A stretch of 64,000 nucleotides of DNA from Gammaproteobacteria bacterium (GCA_022340215.1 JAJDOJ010000164.1:290-64289), one strand, 5' to 3'; shown: positions 49,436 through 60,296, counted from the first letter of the stretch. Notes: generated by a model from the sequence alone, not told the origin. A program made the numbers and translations.

Positions 49436-51604
49436 GTGCACGCAGCATCAGGCCGCGAAGGCGTACTGACCGTGACGCCTCTCAAGACACGTTTTTCCCA
49501 ATACGACAGAGAGCTGAACGCCTTGCGCAACGAGAATAAACTGCAGGTGATCATCGTCGAGAGCGATCTGAACGACGCGGACAGGGTCATCAGTATGCTG
49601 AAGTCGGCCGGTTACGCCGTCAGGGCGTCCCGGGCGGAGTCGTTGGAGGAACTGAACGAGCAGCTGCGCAAGCGCTCCCCGCAACTCGTACTCTGCACAC
49701 TCGGACTCGAAGAGCTGAGTCTCGAAAACACCATTGCCGCCATCAGGGAAGCCGGCAAGAACATCCCCGTCATCGCGGTCGCTCCCGAAGGTGAGGCCAA
49801 CGACGTGGAGTGCATGCAAGCCGGCGCGCAGGACCTGGTCGACAATGACAACCGCGATCAGTTCGTCCTGGTCGTGGACCGCACCGTCAGGTGCCACAAT
49901 CTGTGGCGCCAGGTCAAGAAGCTCGAAGCCGCGATTGGCGAGTGCGAGCGCCGCAGCCGCGTGCTCCTCGACACCTCCCGGGACTCGATCAGCTACGTTC
50001 ACGAGGGCATGCATGTCTACGCGAACGAGTCCTATCTCGACTTCTTCGGATTCGAGAGCTTCGACGACATCGAGGGTATGCCGCTCGTCGACATGATCGC
50101 ACCGGAGGAACAGGCGCGTTTCAAGACAGCGTTGCGCGAATTCAGCGACAAGAGTCAGAAACCCATCGAAATCGACATCCGTTTGCAGAATGCCGCCGGG
50201 GAGCTTATCGACGGCATCATGGAATTCAGCCCGGCGACTGTCGATGGGGAACCGTGCACCCAGATTCTCATCCGTAACCAGGCCAACGCCCGCGAACTCC
50301 AGGACCAGCTCGCGCAAATGAGTCAGCGCGACGTCGCGACCGGGCTCTACAATCGCAAGCACTTCATGACGATGGTCGACGAGGCCATCCAGAACGCGAC
50401 GACGGGCCAGGGAAACAGTGCCCTGATCCAGATCGAGATCTCTAACATCCAGGACATCCGCAACCGGCTCGGGGTGGCTGCGACCGACATCGTCATCTCC
50501 GACATCGCCCGGGTCCTCGAGGACACGTGCGTGGAAGACGATGTTCCGGCCCGGTTCGCCGAAGAGACATTTTCGGTGCTGACGACCCACGATTGGGAAC
50601 AGACCAATCTACTGGATTGTATGACGCGTCTGGCGTCCGCGGTCGAGGGACACATCTCTGACGTCGAGGGAAAATCGGTGACCGCCGAGATCTCCCAGGG
50701 CGCCGTACAGATCGACGAGAACTCACCGGATTCCGATGAGCTGATCCAGCGCGCGGAAAAGATCCTCTCCGAATCCCGCAAACGCGAGGCCAACCGCTAC
50801 GACATCTACGTCCCCCATGAGGGGGAGATGTCCCAGAAACAGATCGACAAACTGTGGCACGAACGTCTGTTGAACGCCATGGTCGAAAGGCGGTTGTCGC
50901 TGGAATTCCAGCCCATCGTCAGTCTGCACGGCGACGAAGGGGAACGTTACGAGGTCTACGTTCGCCTGCGCGACGAGAACGGGGAGATTGTCCCGCCGAT
51001 GGATTTTCTCCCCAGTGCGGAACGCAGTGGGATCGCCTCCGACATCGACCGGTGGCTGATCCGGGCGGCGCTGGAAAAACTCTCGGCGATTCGCAAGGAA
51101 GGCCGGGACACAACGATGTTCATCAAGCTCAGCTCGGGTTCACTGCAGGACGAGGAACTTGTGATCTGGCTGGCGGAGATCGTCAGGGACACCCGGGTCC
51201 CTCCTGCCAGCGTCGTCTTCCAGATTTCCGAAAACGTCGTCACCGCGTATCTCAAGCAGGCGAAGGCGCTCGCCCGGCAGCTGCAGGAACTACACTGCAA
51301 ACTGACCATCGAGGAATTCGGGACCGGACTGAAGCCCTTTCAGTTGCTGAAACTGGTACCGGCCGACTACCTGAAGATCAGCGCCACGCTGATGGAAAAC
51401 ATCGCTCAGGACAACGAAAACCAGGAGGCCGTACACACCCTGAGCGACACGGCGCACTCCATGAACAAGGAAACCATCGCCCCGTACGTCGAGGACGCCG
51501 GGACGCTGTCCGTCCTATGGGGACTCGGGGTGAACTATATCCAGGGGAATTTCCTGCAGGAACCCGCGGAGTCGATGGACTACGACTTCTCAACAATGGG
51601 ATAG
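49436..51604 (+). CDS. FimX-like c-di-GMP signalling protein with degenerate REC, PAS, GGDEF and EAL domains
   Basis: REC lacks the phospho-acceptor Asp (LVLCTLGLEE). PAS region. The GGDEF site is replaced by RFAEETF. The EAL domain carries QPIV...EVYVRL and EEFGTGL, with substitutions at catalytic positions (N to K in IKLSS, DDFG to EEFG). Confidence 0.7.
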   Translation: MHAASGREGVLTVTPLKTRFSQYDRELNALRNENKLQVIIVESDLNDADRVISMLKSAGYAVRASRAESLEELNEQLRKRSPQLVLCTLGLEELSLENTIAAIREAGKNIPVIAVAPEGEANDVECMQAGAQDLVDNDNRDQFVLVVDRTVRCHNLWRQVKKLEAAIGECERRSRVLLDTSRDSISYVHEGMHVYANESYLDFFGFESFDDIEGMPLVDMIAPEEQARFKTALREFSDKSQKPIEIDIRLQNAAGELIDGIMEFSPATVDGEPCTQILIRNQANARELQDQLAQMSQRDVATGLYNRKHFMTMVDEAIQNATTGQGNSALIQIEISNIQDIRNRLGVAATDIVISDIARVLEDTCVEDDVPARFAEETFSVLTTHDWEQTNLLDCMTRLASAVEGHISDVEGKSVTAEISQGAVQIDENSPDSDELIQRAEKILSESRKREANRYDIYVPHEGEMSQKQIDKLWHERLLNAMVERRLSLEFQPIVSLHGDEGERYEVYVRLRDENGEIVPPMDFLPSAERSGIASDIDRWLIRAALEKLSAIRKEGRDTTMFIKLSSGSLQDEELVIWLAEIVRDTRVPPASVVFQISENVVTAYLKQAKALARQLQELHCKLTIEEFGTGLKPFQLLKLVPADYLKISATLMENIAQDNENQEAVHTLSDTAHSMNKETIAPYVEDAGTLSVLWGLGVNYIQGNFLQEPAESMDYDFSTMG

Positions 51605-51606
51605 GC

Positions 51607-51634
51607 GCGGCAAGGCGCAGAAGCAGCTTGCCGC
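51607..51634. terminator. Bidirectional hairpin terminator between the convergent fimX-like and htpX genes
   Basis: Perfect 8-bp inverted repeat gcggcaag-(12 nt)-cttgccgc, 3 nt after the fimX-like stop and 10 nt from the htpX stop. Confidence 0.4.
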
Positions 51635-51643
51635 GACCGGCAC

Positions 51644-52525
51644 TCACCCACGCTGCAGGGCCTCGATCCGCTCTTCCAGGGGGGGATGGCTCATGAACAG
51701 CTTCTTCAGGCCGTCACCGAGACCGCCGGCGATGCCGAACGCCGCCATCTCGCCCGGCAGATCGCGCGGTTGATGAACTCGCTGTAAGGCGCGCAGGGAG
51801 GCGATCATCTTGTCCCGACTGGCGAGGCTGGCCCCACCCGCATCTGCCTTGAACTCTCGCTGGCGGGAGAACCACATCGCGATGATCGTGGCGAGCAAGC
51901 CCAGCACGAGTTCGGCGACAATACTTCCGATCCAGTAACCCGGGCCGATACCATCCTCGATCCGGAACACCACGCGGTCCACGAGAATTCCCACGATGCG
52001 CGAGAAAAAGATCACGAAGGTATTCAGGATGCCCTGGAGCAACCCCATGGTCACCATGTCGCCGTTGGCCACGTGCGTCACCTCGTGCCCCAGTACGGCC
52101 TCCACCTCGCCTGCGTCCATACCGGCCAGCAATCCGGTGCTGACGGCCACCAGCGCTTCGTTCTTGTTCATCCCCGTGGCAAAAGCGTTGGGCTGATCGG
52201 AGTGGAACACACCGACCTCCGGCATGCCGATTCCGGCCTGCCCGGCCTGCCGCCTGACCGTCTCCACCAGCCACTGTTCGGTTGCATTCCTCGGGTGCTC
52301 GATGATCTGAACCCCCATCGATCTCTTGGCCATCCATTTCGAGGCGGCCAGGGAGATGAACGAACCGCCGAAGCCGATCAGCAGGGCCATGATCAGCAGG
52401 CCGTTCATCTGCCCGGCCATTCCCTGCTCGGCAAGCCAGGCGTCGATGCCGAGGACACGTGCCGATACGCTCAACACCGCGAGCACGCTGAAGTTCGCTA
52501 TCAGAAACAGTACGATTCGCTTGAT
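51644..52525 (-). CDS. htpX: Zn-dependent M48 protease HtpX
   Basis: HEVTH zinc motif. The N-terminus MIKRIVLFLIANFSVLAV matches HtpX. The ORF extends to 52654. Confidence 0.88.
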   Translation of the reverse strand: MKRIVLFLIANFSVLAVLSVSARVLGIDAWLAEQGMAGQMNGLLIMALLIGFGGSFISLAASKWMAKRSMGVQIIEHPRNATEQWLVETVRRQAGQAGIGMPEVGVFHSDQPNAFATGMNKNEALVAVSTGLLAGMDAGEVEAVLGHEVTHVANGDMVTMGLLQGILNTFVIFFSRIVGILVDRVVFRIEDGIGPGYWIGSIVAELVLGLLATIIAMWFSRQREFKADAGGASLASRDKMIASLRALQRVHQPRDLPGEMAAFGIAGGLGDGLKKLFMSHPPLEERIEALQRG

Positions 52526-52710
52526 CATCGCTTTATTACCTGCCTGCCTGTCGTCATTTTCGATCGTCTCGATCTCTCGGGAAGGTGCTTGCGGACCGCG
52601 GACCGGATACCATAGATTGCGACCACCGGATATCGAACCGGTTGCGACCCACAACCGGTTAAGATGGGGGCACCGCGCGCCGATTCAATACCGGCCAACC
52701 GTCGAATCCT

Positions 52711-54960
52711 TCATGTGACCTCCACCGCCGTCACCTTCTGGTATCCCCTCGGCAGCTTGCGTCCGCGCTTTCCCCGTTCAGCGCGGTATCCTTCCAATTC
52801 CGCGGGCTTGAGCAGCTTGTACTGCTTTCCCGCGTGCACGGCGAGCGACTCGCCCGGCGTCAGGACCACCATCTGCACCACCCGCTCGAGCCCTTCCTTC
52901 AGCCTGGCCAAAGGCATACCGACGATGCGGTTCCCCTTGCCCCTGGCCATCTCCGGCAGCGCCGCCACCTCCGTTACGAGCATGTGACCGTCCGAGGTGA
53001 TCGCTACGATGAAGGACTCGGCCGGATCCACGACGCGGACCGGCGGCATGACCTTCGTCCCCGCGGGGACAATCAGCAGGACCCTGCCCGCCTTGTTCCG
53101 GGTCACCATGTCCCCGAACCGGCAAACAAACCCGTAACCGGCGGCGGTGGACAGCAGGAATCGCGTTTCGGAATCCCCCATCATCACACCGACGAACGAT
53201 GCGCCGTCGGGCGGAGCGAGACGGCCACTCAACGGTTCGCCCTGCCCTCGGGCCGAAGGCAGGGTGTGAGCCGGCAGCGAATAGCATCGCCCGGTCGAAT
53301 CCAGGAAGACCGCCTGCCGGTTGGCACGCCCCTGCGAAGCGGCCCGGAACCCGTCACCCGACTTGTAGCTGAGCGCCCCGGGATCGACTTCGAGCCCCTT
53401 GGCCGCCCGCACCCAGCCCTTGCGCGACAGGACGACGGTAACCGGTTCTGAAGACACCAGTGCGGTTTCATCCATGGCCCGCGCCGTCTCCCGCGCCACG
53501 ACGGGGGAGCGCCGTTCGTCACCGTAGGTCTCCGCATCCGCGAGCAGCTCGTCCCGGACCAGGCGCTTCAGGCGCCGGCTCGATCCCAGGGTATTCTCCA
53601 GACCGTCGCGCTCGGCGGACAGATCGTCCTGTTCGGAGCGGATCTTCATCTCCTCGAGCCGCGCGAGGTGACGCAGTTTCAGCTCCAGGATTGCCTCGGC
53701 CTGCGCGTCGGTGAGTTCGAAGCGTTTCATCAGGACAGGCTTCGGCTCGTCCTCGCTGCGAATGATCGCGATCACCTCGTCGATGTTGAGGTAGGCGACC
53801 AGCAGACCCTCGAGGACGTGCAGGCGACTCCGAACCTTTTCCAGACGCCACTCGAGCCGCCTCCTCACGGTATCGGTACGAAAACCGAGCCATTCGCGCA
53901 GCACGGCGACGAGGCCCTTGACCTGCGGGCGGCCGTCGACACCGATGACGTTCACGTTCACCCGGTAGCTCCGTTCCAGGTCCGTGGTGGCGAACAGGTG
54001 GGACATCAGCGCCTCGCTGTCGGTCCGCCCGCCGCGCGGCGAGATCACCAGCCGGGTCGGATGCTCATGATCGGACTCGTCCCTCAGGTCCTCGACCATC
54101 GGCAGCTTCTTCGCCTGCATCTGCTGGGCGATCTGCTCGAGGACCCGCGCCCCGGAGACCTGATAGGGCAGCGCCGTCACGACGATGTCGCGATCCTCCC
54201 GTTCCCAGCACGCGCGCATGCGCACGTTGCCCTGTCCGGTGCGATACATCGAGATGATCTCGTCCCGTGCGGACACGATCTCGGCCCGGGTCGGGAAATC
54301 CGGTCCGTTCACGTGCTCGCACAGATCCTCCAGCGTCGCCTTCGAATCCTCGAGAAGACGAACACAGGCGGCGACGACCTCGCGCAGGTTGTGCGGCGGG
54401 ATATCGGTGGACATGCCGACCGCGATCCCGGTCGCCCCGTTCAGCAATACGTTGGGCAGCCGGGCGGGCAGAATCTTCGGTTCGTCCAGCGTGCCGTCGA
54501 AATTCGGGACCCAGTCGGCCGTCCCCTGCCCCAGTTCCTGTAGCAGGACCTTTGCGTAGTGCGACAGGCGGGACTCCGTATAGCGCATTGCGGCGAACGA
54601 CTTCGGGTCGTCCGCGGAGCCCCAGTTACCCTGCCCGTCGATCAGAGGGTAACGATAGGAAAAATCCTGCGCCATCAGCACCATGGCCTCGTAACAGGCG
54701 CTGTCCCCGTGGGGGTGGAATTTGCCGATCACGTCGCCGACGGTGCGCGCGGACTTCTTGTGTTTGGAGGCGGCCGACAGACCGAGCTCCGACATCGCAT
54801 ACACGATCCGCCGCTGCACCGGTTTGAGCCCGTCGCCCACATGCGGCAGGGCCCGGTCGAGGATGACGTACATGGAGTAGTCCAGATACGCCTTCTCGGT
54901 AAACACGCCGAGCGGCATGCGCTCGATGCCTTCGTAGTCCAGTTCCAGGTTTTCTGCCAT
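52711..54960 (-). CDS. parC: DNA topoisomerase IV subunit A
   Basis: 749 aa (ParC length, not GyrA). Carries the catalytic-Tyr region AAMRYTE. Adjacent to parE. Confidence 0.88.
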   Translation of the reverse strand: MAENLELDYEGIERMPLGVFTEKAYLDYSMYVILDRALPHVGDGLKPVQRRIVYAMSELGLSAASKHKKSARTVGDVIGKFHPHGDSACYEAMVLMAQDFSYRYPLIDGQGNWGSADDPKSFAAMRYTESRLSHYAKVLLQELGQGTADWVPNFDGTLDEPKILPARLPNVLLNGATGIAVGMSTDIPPHNLREVVAACVRLLEDSKATLEDLCEHVNGPDFPTRAEIVSARDEIISMYRTGQGNVRMRACWEREDRDIVVTALPYQVSGARVLEQIAQQMQAKKLPMVEDLRDESDHEHPTRLVISPRGGRTDSEALMSHLFATTDLERSYRVNVNVIGVDGRPQVKGLVAVLREWLGFRTDTVRRRLEWRLEKVRSRLHVLEGLLVAYLNIDEVIAIIRSEDEPKPVLMKRFELTDAQAEAILELKLRHLARLEEMKIRSEQDDLSAERDGLENTLGSSRRLKRLVRDELLADAETYGDERRSPVVARETARAMDETALVSSEPVTVVLSRKGWVRAAKGLEVDPGALSYKSGDGFRAASQGRANRQAVFLDSTGRCYSLPAHTLPSARGQGEPLSGRLAPPDGASFVGVMMGDSETRFLLSTAAGYGFVCRFGDMVTRNKAGRVLLIVPAGTKVMPPVRVVDPAESFIVAITSDGHMLVTEVAALPEMARGKGNRIVGMPLARLKEGLERVVQMVVLTPGESLAVHAGKQYKLLKPAELEGYRAERGKRGRKLPRGYQKVTAVEVT

Positions 54961-55011
54961 CGATCAGCTCATATTGACGTGCGTATCGACGCCGGAGGCG
55001 GCTCCGGCGCA

Positions 55012-56898
55012 CTACAGTTGCGCGATATCGCCCTTGCGCTCCAGCCAGCCGCGGCGGTCCGCGGCCCGCTTCTTGGCCAGCAACATGTCAAGCATCCCGG
55101 CGCTGTCGTCGCCGTCTTCGACCACCAGACGGACCAGACGGCGGCTCTCCGGCGCCATGGTGGACTCGCGAAGCTGCAGCGGATTCATCTCCCCGAGGCC
55201 CTTGAAGCGGGTGACCGTCACCTTACCTTTCCTGCGTTCCGCGGCGATCCGGTCGAGAACGCCGTCACGCTCGCTGTTGTCCAGGGCGTAGTAGACCGCC
55301 TTTCCGACGTCGATCCGATACAACGGTGGCATCGCAATGTAGACGTGGCCGGTCACTACCAGTGGCCTGAAGTGACGCAGAAACAGGGCGCTCAACAGCG
55401 TGGCGATGTGCAGCCCATCGGAATCCGCGTCGGCAAGGACGCAGATCTTCCCGTAGCGAAGGTCATCCAGTCTTCCGGAACCTGGATCGACGCCGATGGC
55501 CACTGAGATGTCGTGCACCTCCTGCGAGGCCAGCACGCGCTCGTGCTCGACCTCCCAGGTGTTGAGGATCTTACCGCGCAGCGGCATCACCGCCTGAAAC
55601 TCACGGTCTCGCGCCTGCTTCGCGGACCCGCCGGCCGAGTCCCCCTCGACCAGGAACAGCTCCGTGCGCGAGAGGTCCTGCAATGTACAGTCCGCAAGCT
55701 TTCCCGGCAGGGCGGGCCCTGCCGTCACCTTCTTGCGCACCACCTTCTTGCCGGCGCGCAGGCGTCTGCCCGCATGGCTGATCGCCTGGCGGGCGATCAG
55801 CTCTCCGGTTTCGGCGTGCTGATTGAGCCACAGGCTGAGCGCATCCTTGACTACCCCGGAGACGAAGGCCGCCGTCGCGCGCGACGACAGTCGCTCCTTG
55901 ATCTGCCCCGCGAACTGAGGCTCCAGCATCTTCACGGAGAGTACGTAACTCACCCCCTCCCAGACGTCATCCGGGGCGAGCTTGATCCCACGCGGCAGCA
56001 GGTTGCGGAATTCGCAGAACTCACGCACGGCCTCGGTGAGGCCGGACCGCAGCCCGTTGACATGGGTCCCGCCCTGTGTGGTCGGGACGAGATTCACGTA
56101 GCTCTCCGCCACCCCGTCGCCGCCTTCCGGGAGCCAGATGACGGCCCAGTCCACGGCCTCCTGATGGCCCTCGAAACTGCCGGTGAACGGGGCCGGCGGC
56201 AACAGCTCGTATCCGGCCACGGCCTCGGCGAGATAGGCCTCGATACCGTTCGCGTAGTTCCACTCCAGCGACTCGCCGGTGTTCTCGTCCGAGAACCGCA
56301 CCGTCAGTCCGGGACACAGCACCGCCTTGGCACGCAGCAGGTGCCGTAGTCGCGGGACCGAAAACGTCACGGTGTCGAAGTACCGTGGATTGGGCCAGAA
56401 GCGCAGCACGGTTCCCGTGTTGCGCTTGGCGGCATCGCCGACGACCTCCAGGTCAGAAACCTTATCGCCGTCGGCGAATGCCATGTTGAACTCCTTCCCG
56501 CCCCGGCGCACCCACACCTCCAGGTGCCGGGACAGCGCGTTCACGACCGAGACGCCGACACCGTGAAGCCCGCCTGAAAACCGGTAGTTGTCGCCGGAGA
56601 ACTTGCCACCGGCGTGCAGCGTCCCGAGGATGACCTCGACACCCGGCGCTTTCTTTTCCGGGTGGATGTCTACCGGCATGCCGCGGCCGTCATCGCTGAC
56701 CTGCAGGGAACCGTCCTTGTACAGCACCACTTCGATGGACCGGGCGAATCCGGCAATGGCCTCGTCAACGGAATTGTCGATGACCTCCTGCGCCATGTGG
56801 TTCGGACGGGTCGTGTCGGTGTACATGCCAGGGCGCTTGCGCACCGGATCGAGTCCACTGAGGACCTCGATGTCGGCAGCGTCGTAGGAAGGCGTCAT
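55012..56898 (-). CDS. parE: DNA topoisomerase IV subunit B
   Basis: GHKL ATPase and TOPRIM motifs. Start at MTPSYDAADIEVLSGLDPVRKRPGMYTD; the ORF extends to 57033. Confidence 0.88.
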   Translation of the reverse strand: MTPSYDAADIEVLSGLDPVRKRPGMYTDTTRPNHMAQEVIDNSVDEAIAGFARSIEVVLYKDGSLQVSDDGRGMPVDIHPEKKAPGVEVILGTLHAGGKFSGDNYRFSGGLHGVGVSVVNALSRHLEVWVRRGGKEFNMAFADGDKVSDLEVVGDAAKRNTGTVLRFWPNPRYFDTVTFSVPRLRHLLRAKAVLCPGLTVRFSDENTGESLEWNYANGIEAYLAEAVAGYELLPPAPFTGSFEGHQEAVDWAVIWLPEGGDGVAESYVNLVPTTQGGTHVNGLRSGLTEAVREFCEFRNLLPRGIKLAPDDVWEGVSYVLSVKMLEPQFAGQIKERLSSRATAAFVSGVVKDALSLWLNQHAETGELIARQAISHAGRRLRAGKKVVRKKVTAGPALPGKLADCTLQDLSRTELFLVEGDSAGGSAKQARDREFQAVMPLRGKILNTWEVEHERVLASQEVHDISVAIGVDPGSGRLDDLRYGKICVLADADSDGLHIATLLSALFLRHFRPLVVTGHVYIAMPPLYRIDVGKAVYYALDNSERDGVLDRIAAERRKGKVTVTRFKGLGEMNPLQLRESTMAPESRRLVRLVVEDGDDSAGMLDMLLAKKRAADRRGWLERKGDIAQL

Positions 56899-57105
56899 GG
56901 GGATCGTCTGAGTATCCAGGCTTGGGTTTCGCGCTATTCTAGTACCCTGCCCAACCTGAGTTCCACGGGTTTCAACGCATCGCAAAGGCACTGTTCGAAG
57001 CGACCGGGTTGACAGTCCCGCCACCCGTTTCATACTGTAACCTTGTCGCGCCGGTTCCTGCAGTGCCCCTTGCGCGTTACCTTTCGCACAATGCCGAGGT
57101 CAGCC

Positions 57106-57513
57106 ATGACAAACATGCGCCACGGATCCCTAGCCGCCTTCATGGCGTTGCTGTTCGCCGTCGCCCCCGCTGTGTCGATTGCCTCGGAAGAGGCACCGAC
57201 GTCCGATGAGCCGAAGCTGGGCTACCTCGATCGCCAGAAGACCGGAAGCGAGGACCCGTCGCTGGGTATGAAGGCATTCGACCTGTTCCTGTCACGCCCG
57301 ACCACCCTGGTGGCCTCGCTCGTCGGGACTGTCGGCTGGATCGCAGCCCTGCCCTTCACGGCCACCGGTCTGGCGACGACTAGTGTCGGCGATGCGCGCA
57401 AGGCGATGGTGGACTACCCCTTCAAATACACGTTTACTCGCCCGCTGGGCGATTTCAGCGAACGCCAGGAGCAGGTGGTAGAGACCCGGTATGCGCTCGA
57501 CGCAGGTGAGTGA
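57106..57513 (+). CDS. Hypothetical exported protein
   Basis: Signal peptide MTNMRHGSLAAFMALLFAVAPAVSIASEEA; no known domain. Confidence 0.5.
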   Translation: MTNMRHGSLAAFMALLFAVAPAVSIASEEAPTSDEPKLGYLDRQKTGSEDPSLGMKAFDLFLSRPTTLVASLVGTVGWIAALPFTATGLATTSVGDARKAMVDYPFKYTFTRPLGDFSERQEQVVETRYALDAGE

Positions 57514-57550
57514 GGCGCCACGACGTCCATGAATCCGAGACGGCGCTGAC

Positions 57551-58021
57551 ATGGGACCCATTCCGATCCGCAGTGATGTGACACGTATTGCGGACACCTT
57601 CCGTGAAGCCCTCGTGCGCCACCGCAGGAAACCCCTGCTCAGAGCCGCCATGGCGGCATGCGCGCTCGTGGCGGTTTCCGACGGCAGGGTTCGATTCAGC
57701 GAGCGCGTCAGACTGGACCAGATTCTCGACGCCGTCGACAAGCTCAGGATCTTCAACCCCCACGAGGGGGTCGATCTGTTCGACGGGCACGTCGAGGAGA
57801 TTCTGAAGTCTCCCCAAAATGGGCGGGAGAAGGCGCTTCGGGCAATCGCCGCGGTCTCGGACGACCCCGAGTCTGCCACCCTGCTCGCGCGAATCTGTCT
57901 CGCCGTCGGCCAGGCCGGAGGTGGGGAGGCACTGCCGAAAAAGATCGAAATCGTCAAGCTGTGCAATTGTCTGGGCATCGATCCCGCCACGCTTAATGCC
58001 GATCTGCGATACCTGGACTAG
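57551..58021 (+). CDS. TerB-family (tellurite-resistance TerB-like) protein
   Basis: TerB-like helical pattern LLRAAMAACALVAVSDGRVRFSERVRLDQIL...ATLLARICLAVGQAGG. Confidence 0.55.
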   Translation: MGPIPIRSDVTRIADTFREALVRHRRKPLLRAAMAACALVAVSDGRVRFSERVRLDQILDAVDKLRIFNPHEGVDLFDGHVEEILKSPQNGREKALRAIAAVSDDPESATLLARICLAVGQAGGGEALPKKIEIVKLCNCLGIDPATLNADLRYLD

Positions 58022-58065
58022 CAGACCGCGTTTCCGCTGACTCGATTGAAACCTCGGTGACAACT

Positions 58066-58243
58066 TAGGCGATTTCTGTCAAATATACCCGTCGCGGACA
58101 GGTTTTCACGAGAAAGTGTGTGTCATATTCGTTTCGTGGCAAGGCGCGATGACGCGTAATAGCCGCTCTATTGCAAGGAATCGCAACGCCGCCAACGAAA
58201 ATCCGGCGCATTCTGGTATGCCATTTTCCGGCAATCGTCTTAG
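58066..58243. repeat. MITE-like element copy B (about 178 bp)
   Basis: It shares the 5' end aggcgatttctgtcaaat, an internal gtgtcatattcg block, and the 3' end cgaaaatccggcgcattctggtatgccattttccggcaatcg with copy A at 35084..35256. Both copies are in the same orientation. Confidence 0.55.
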
Positions 58244-58846
58244 CGAAGTGCCCCTCCAGGCGGGTCGGCTGAAGGGACAGCGGCTCACCAGAACGAGGTG
58301 AGCCGCCGCATCCAGCGACAGTCCTGATGGGCGACTGTCCGCCACTTACCTATTCAGGCGGTCGGGATCCCTTTCTGACCCTTGTCAACCGGTCTTCAGA
58401 AACTCGGAGCATTGCGTGGACATGCTTCATCGCTTCAAAGGCGACAGCGACGTAAAGCACATCAGCCTTTCCATGAGCCCAGCCGCAGTTTGCATCGCGG
58501 TTGATCGCCCGCCGTTCATCGATGAAGCGCCAACCAACAGCATGCGGCTCCTCTCGATGACAACAAGTGGACGGGCCTTTGAGGTGTCGCGGCGTTGCTC
58601 CGGTCTGGCCGATCTGGTGTAGATGCGTGAGAAACGACAGCACTTCCTGCCCTTCGCTCCCCAGGTCGACTACCCGGGTCCACCGATTCCCGAAGCACTC
58701 AATGAGGCGGCGTGAATCCGCTCGTCATGACGAGTGAGTCGTATCCCTTCGATTTCGGCCAGGACTCTTTGATGTGCTGTGTTGGAGCGTCGTTTCAAAA
58801 GAGTCTCTACCCGGAAAATTCGATCAAACTCTCGGGAAGATTCGCC

Positions 58847-59100
58847 ATGAGCAAAGTGGGCTTCATTGATTTGGGCGTCATGGGCAGACCCATGGCCGGC
58901 CGGCTGATCGCCGGTGGCCATACGCTGTTCGTTCACTCCAGAAGTGGCGCCTCGCAAGTCATCCTGAACAAGGGCGCCGTCGAATGTGGCAATGGTAAGG
59001 AGGTGGCGGAACACGCCGACGCGATCATCACCATGTTGCCAGACACACCGAAAGTTGCAGTGGTTCTGTTTGGCGGGCGGCATGTGCCTCGAGATATCGA
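58847..59100 (+). pseudogene. N-terminal fragment of a 3-hydroxyisobutyrate / 2-hydroxy-3-oxopropionate reductase family dehydrogenase (GarR/MmsB-like)
   Basis: MSKVGFIDLGVMGRPMAGRLIAGGHTLFVHSRS...ADAIITMLPDTPKV matches the NAD-binding N-terminus of that family. Homology is lost after about 75 aa, and the rest of the gene is absent. Confidence 0.55.
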
Positions 59101-59312
59101 TAGCCCGGCAACGCACGGCTTGAAGTTCGGCAGCACGGTCCATATATTAGACTAATCTAATGTTATTGGGTCTACGAATTTTCGGTTATACAAGGACACC
59201 GTGCCGGTTGCGACATACGGTCCGGCCGGGAGGCATCCGCCGCCCGGCTAAATTCTCAAAACACCTTTGCCGCAATCACGGTTCCCTTTCCGACAGCCAG
59301 GACGAAAAACAG

Positions 59313-60176
59313 ATGAGCGAATCTCCCTATATCACGAATGTCACCCGGGAATCGTTCCCGAGAACGGTGCTACGGAAGTCCCGTGAAGTACCGGTACTGG
59401 TGGATTTCTGGGCGGACTGGTGTGGCCCCTGCCACATGCTGACGCCGGTCCTCGCCAGCCTCGTGGAAAAATACCAGGGCGAATTCCTGCTGGCCAAGGT
59501 CAACAGCGATGAACAGCAGGAACTCGCAGTGCAGTACGGGGTACGCAGCCTGCCCACCGTCAAGGTGTTCCGCAACGGCGAGGTCGTGGACGAGTTCATG
59601 GGCGCGCAACCGGAATCCGTGGTCCGCGAGATCATCGAGCGGCACATCCAACGCGAGTCGGACAAGGTTTTTCTCGCGGCCCGCGCCGCCCTGGAAGCCG
59701 GCGACAAGCGACAGGGGCTGACCCTGCTGGAACAGGCCGCCGGTATGGCCCCGGACAACGCTGAGATCCGCATCGAATGGGCACGTGTCCTGCTCGAAAG
59801 CGGTGACCCCGACGGCGCGTCGGCATTGCTAGATCAACTCGGTCCCGCCGACCGCGACCTGCCGGGTGCCAGAAGGCTGCTCGCGCAGATGGAATTTGCG
59901 CGCAGCGCCGCCGACACACCGGATGCAGGAGAGCTGGCTGCCCGTGTGTCGGCGGCCCCGGAGGATCTCGCGGCACGCTACGGTCTCGGCGCGCACCTTA
60001 TCCTGAAGGGCGATTTCGAGGGCGGCATGGACCAGTTTTTCGAGATTATGCGGCGTGACCGGGCATTCAGCGACGACGCCGGGCGCAAGGCCCTGCTGTC
60101 GGTGTTCGACCTGCTCGGAGAAGGTGACGAACGCGTCAAGCGCTTCCGGTCGAAGATGTTCGCCATTTTGCACTAA
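59313..60176 (+). CDS. cnoX: Thioredoxin-domain co-chaperone with C-terminal TPR-like repeats (YbbN/CnoX family)
   Basis: WCGPC thioredoxin motif followed by a helical TPR-like C-terminal half. The ORF begins at 59160, and MSESPYITNV is the probable start. Confidence 0.75.
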   Translation: MSESPYITNVTRESFPRTVLRKSREVPVLVDFWADWCGPCHMLTPVLASLVEKYQGEFLLAKVNSDEQQELAVQYGVRSLPTVKVFRNGEVVDEFMGAQPESVVREIIERHIQRESDKVFLAARAALEAGDKRQGLTLLEQAAGMAPDNAEIRIEWARVLLESGDPDGASALLDQLGPADRDLPGARRLLAQMEFARSAADTPDAGELAARVSAAPEDLAARYGLGAHLILKGDFEGGMDQFFEIMRRDRAFSDDAGRKALLSVFDLLGEGDERVKRFRSKMFAILH

Positions 60177-60296
60177 CGGAACTGATCTCAAAGGGTAGGC
60201 ATTCCAATGGGGTTTGCCCAGGATCTGAGGTCCTGGAGGCGAAGACAAGGTGGCGGTAAGCGATCAGCGCATGGGGTCTGGTCTTGCATGATAGCA

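Noticed and set aside
58350-58700. Short ORFs on both strands (for example MLHRFKGDSDVKHISLSMSPAAV..., and a 31-aa MREKRQHFLPFAPQVDYPGPPIPEALNEAA) considered as possible transposase/TnpB or toxin-antitoxin fragments
   Set aside because: No convincing family motif, no RBS and inconsistent coding signal. They are treated collectively as part of the remnant patch rather than called as genes.
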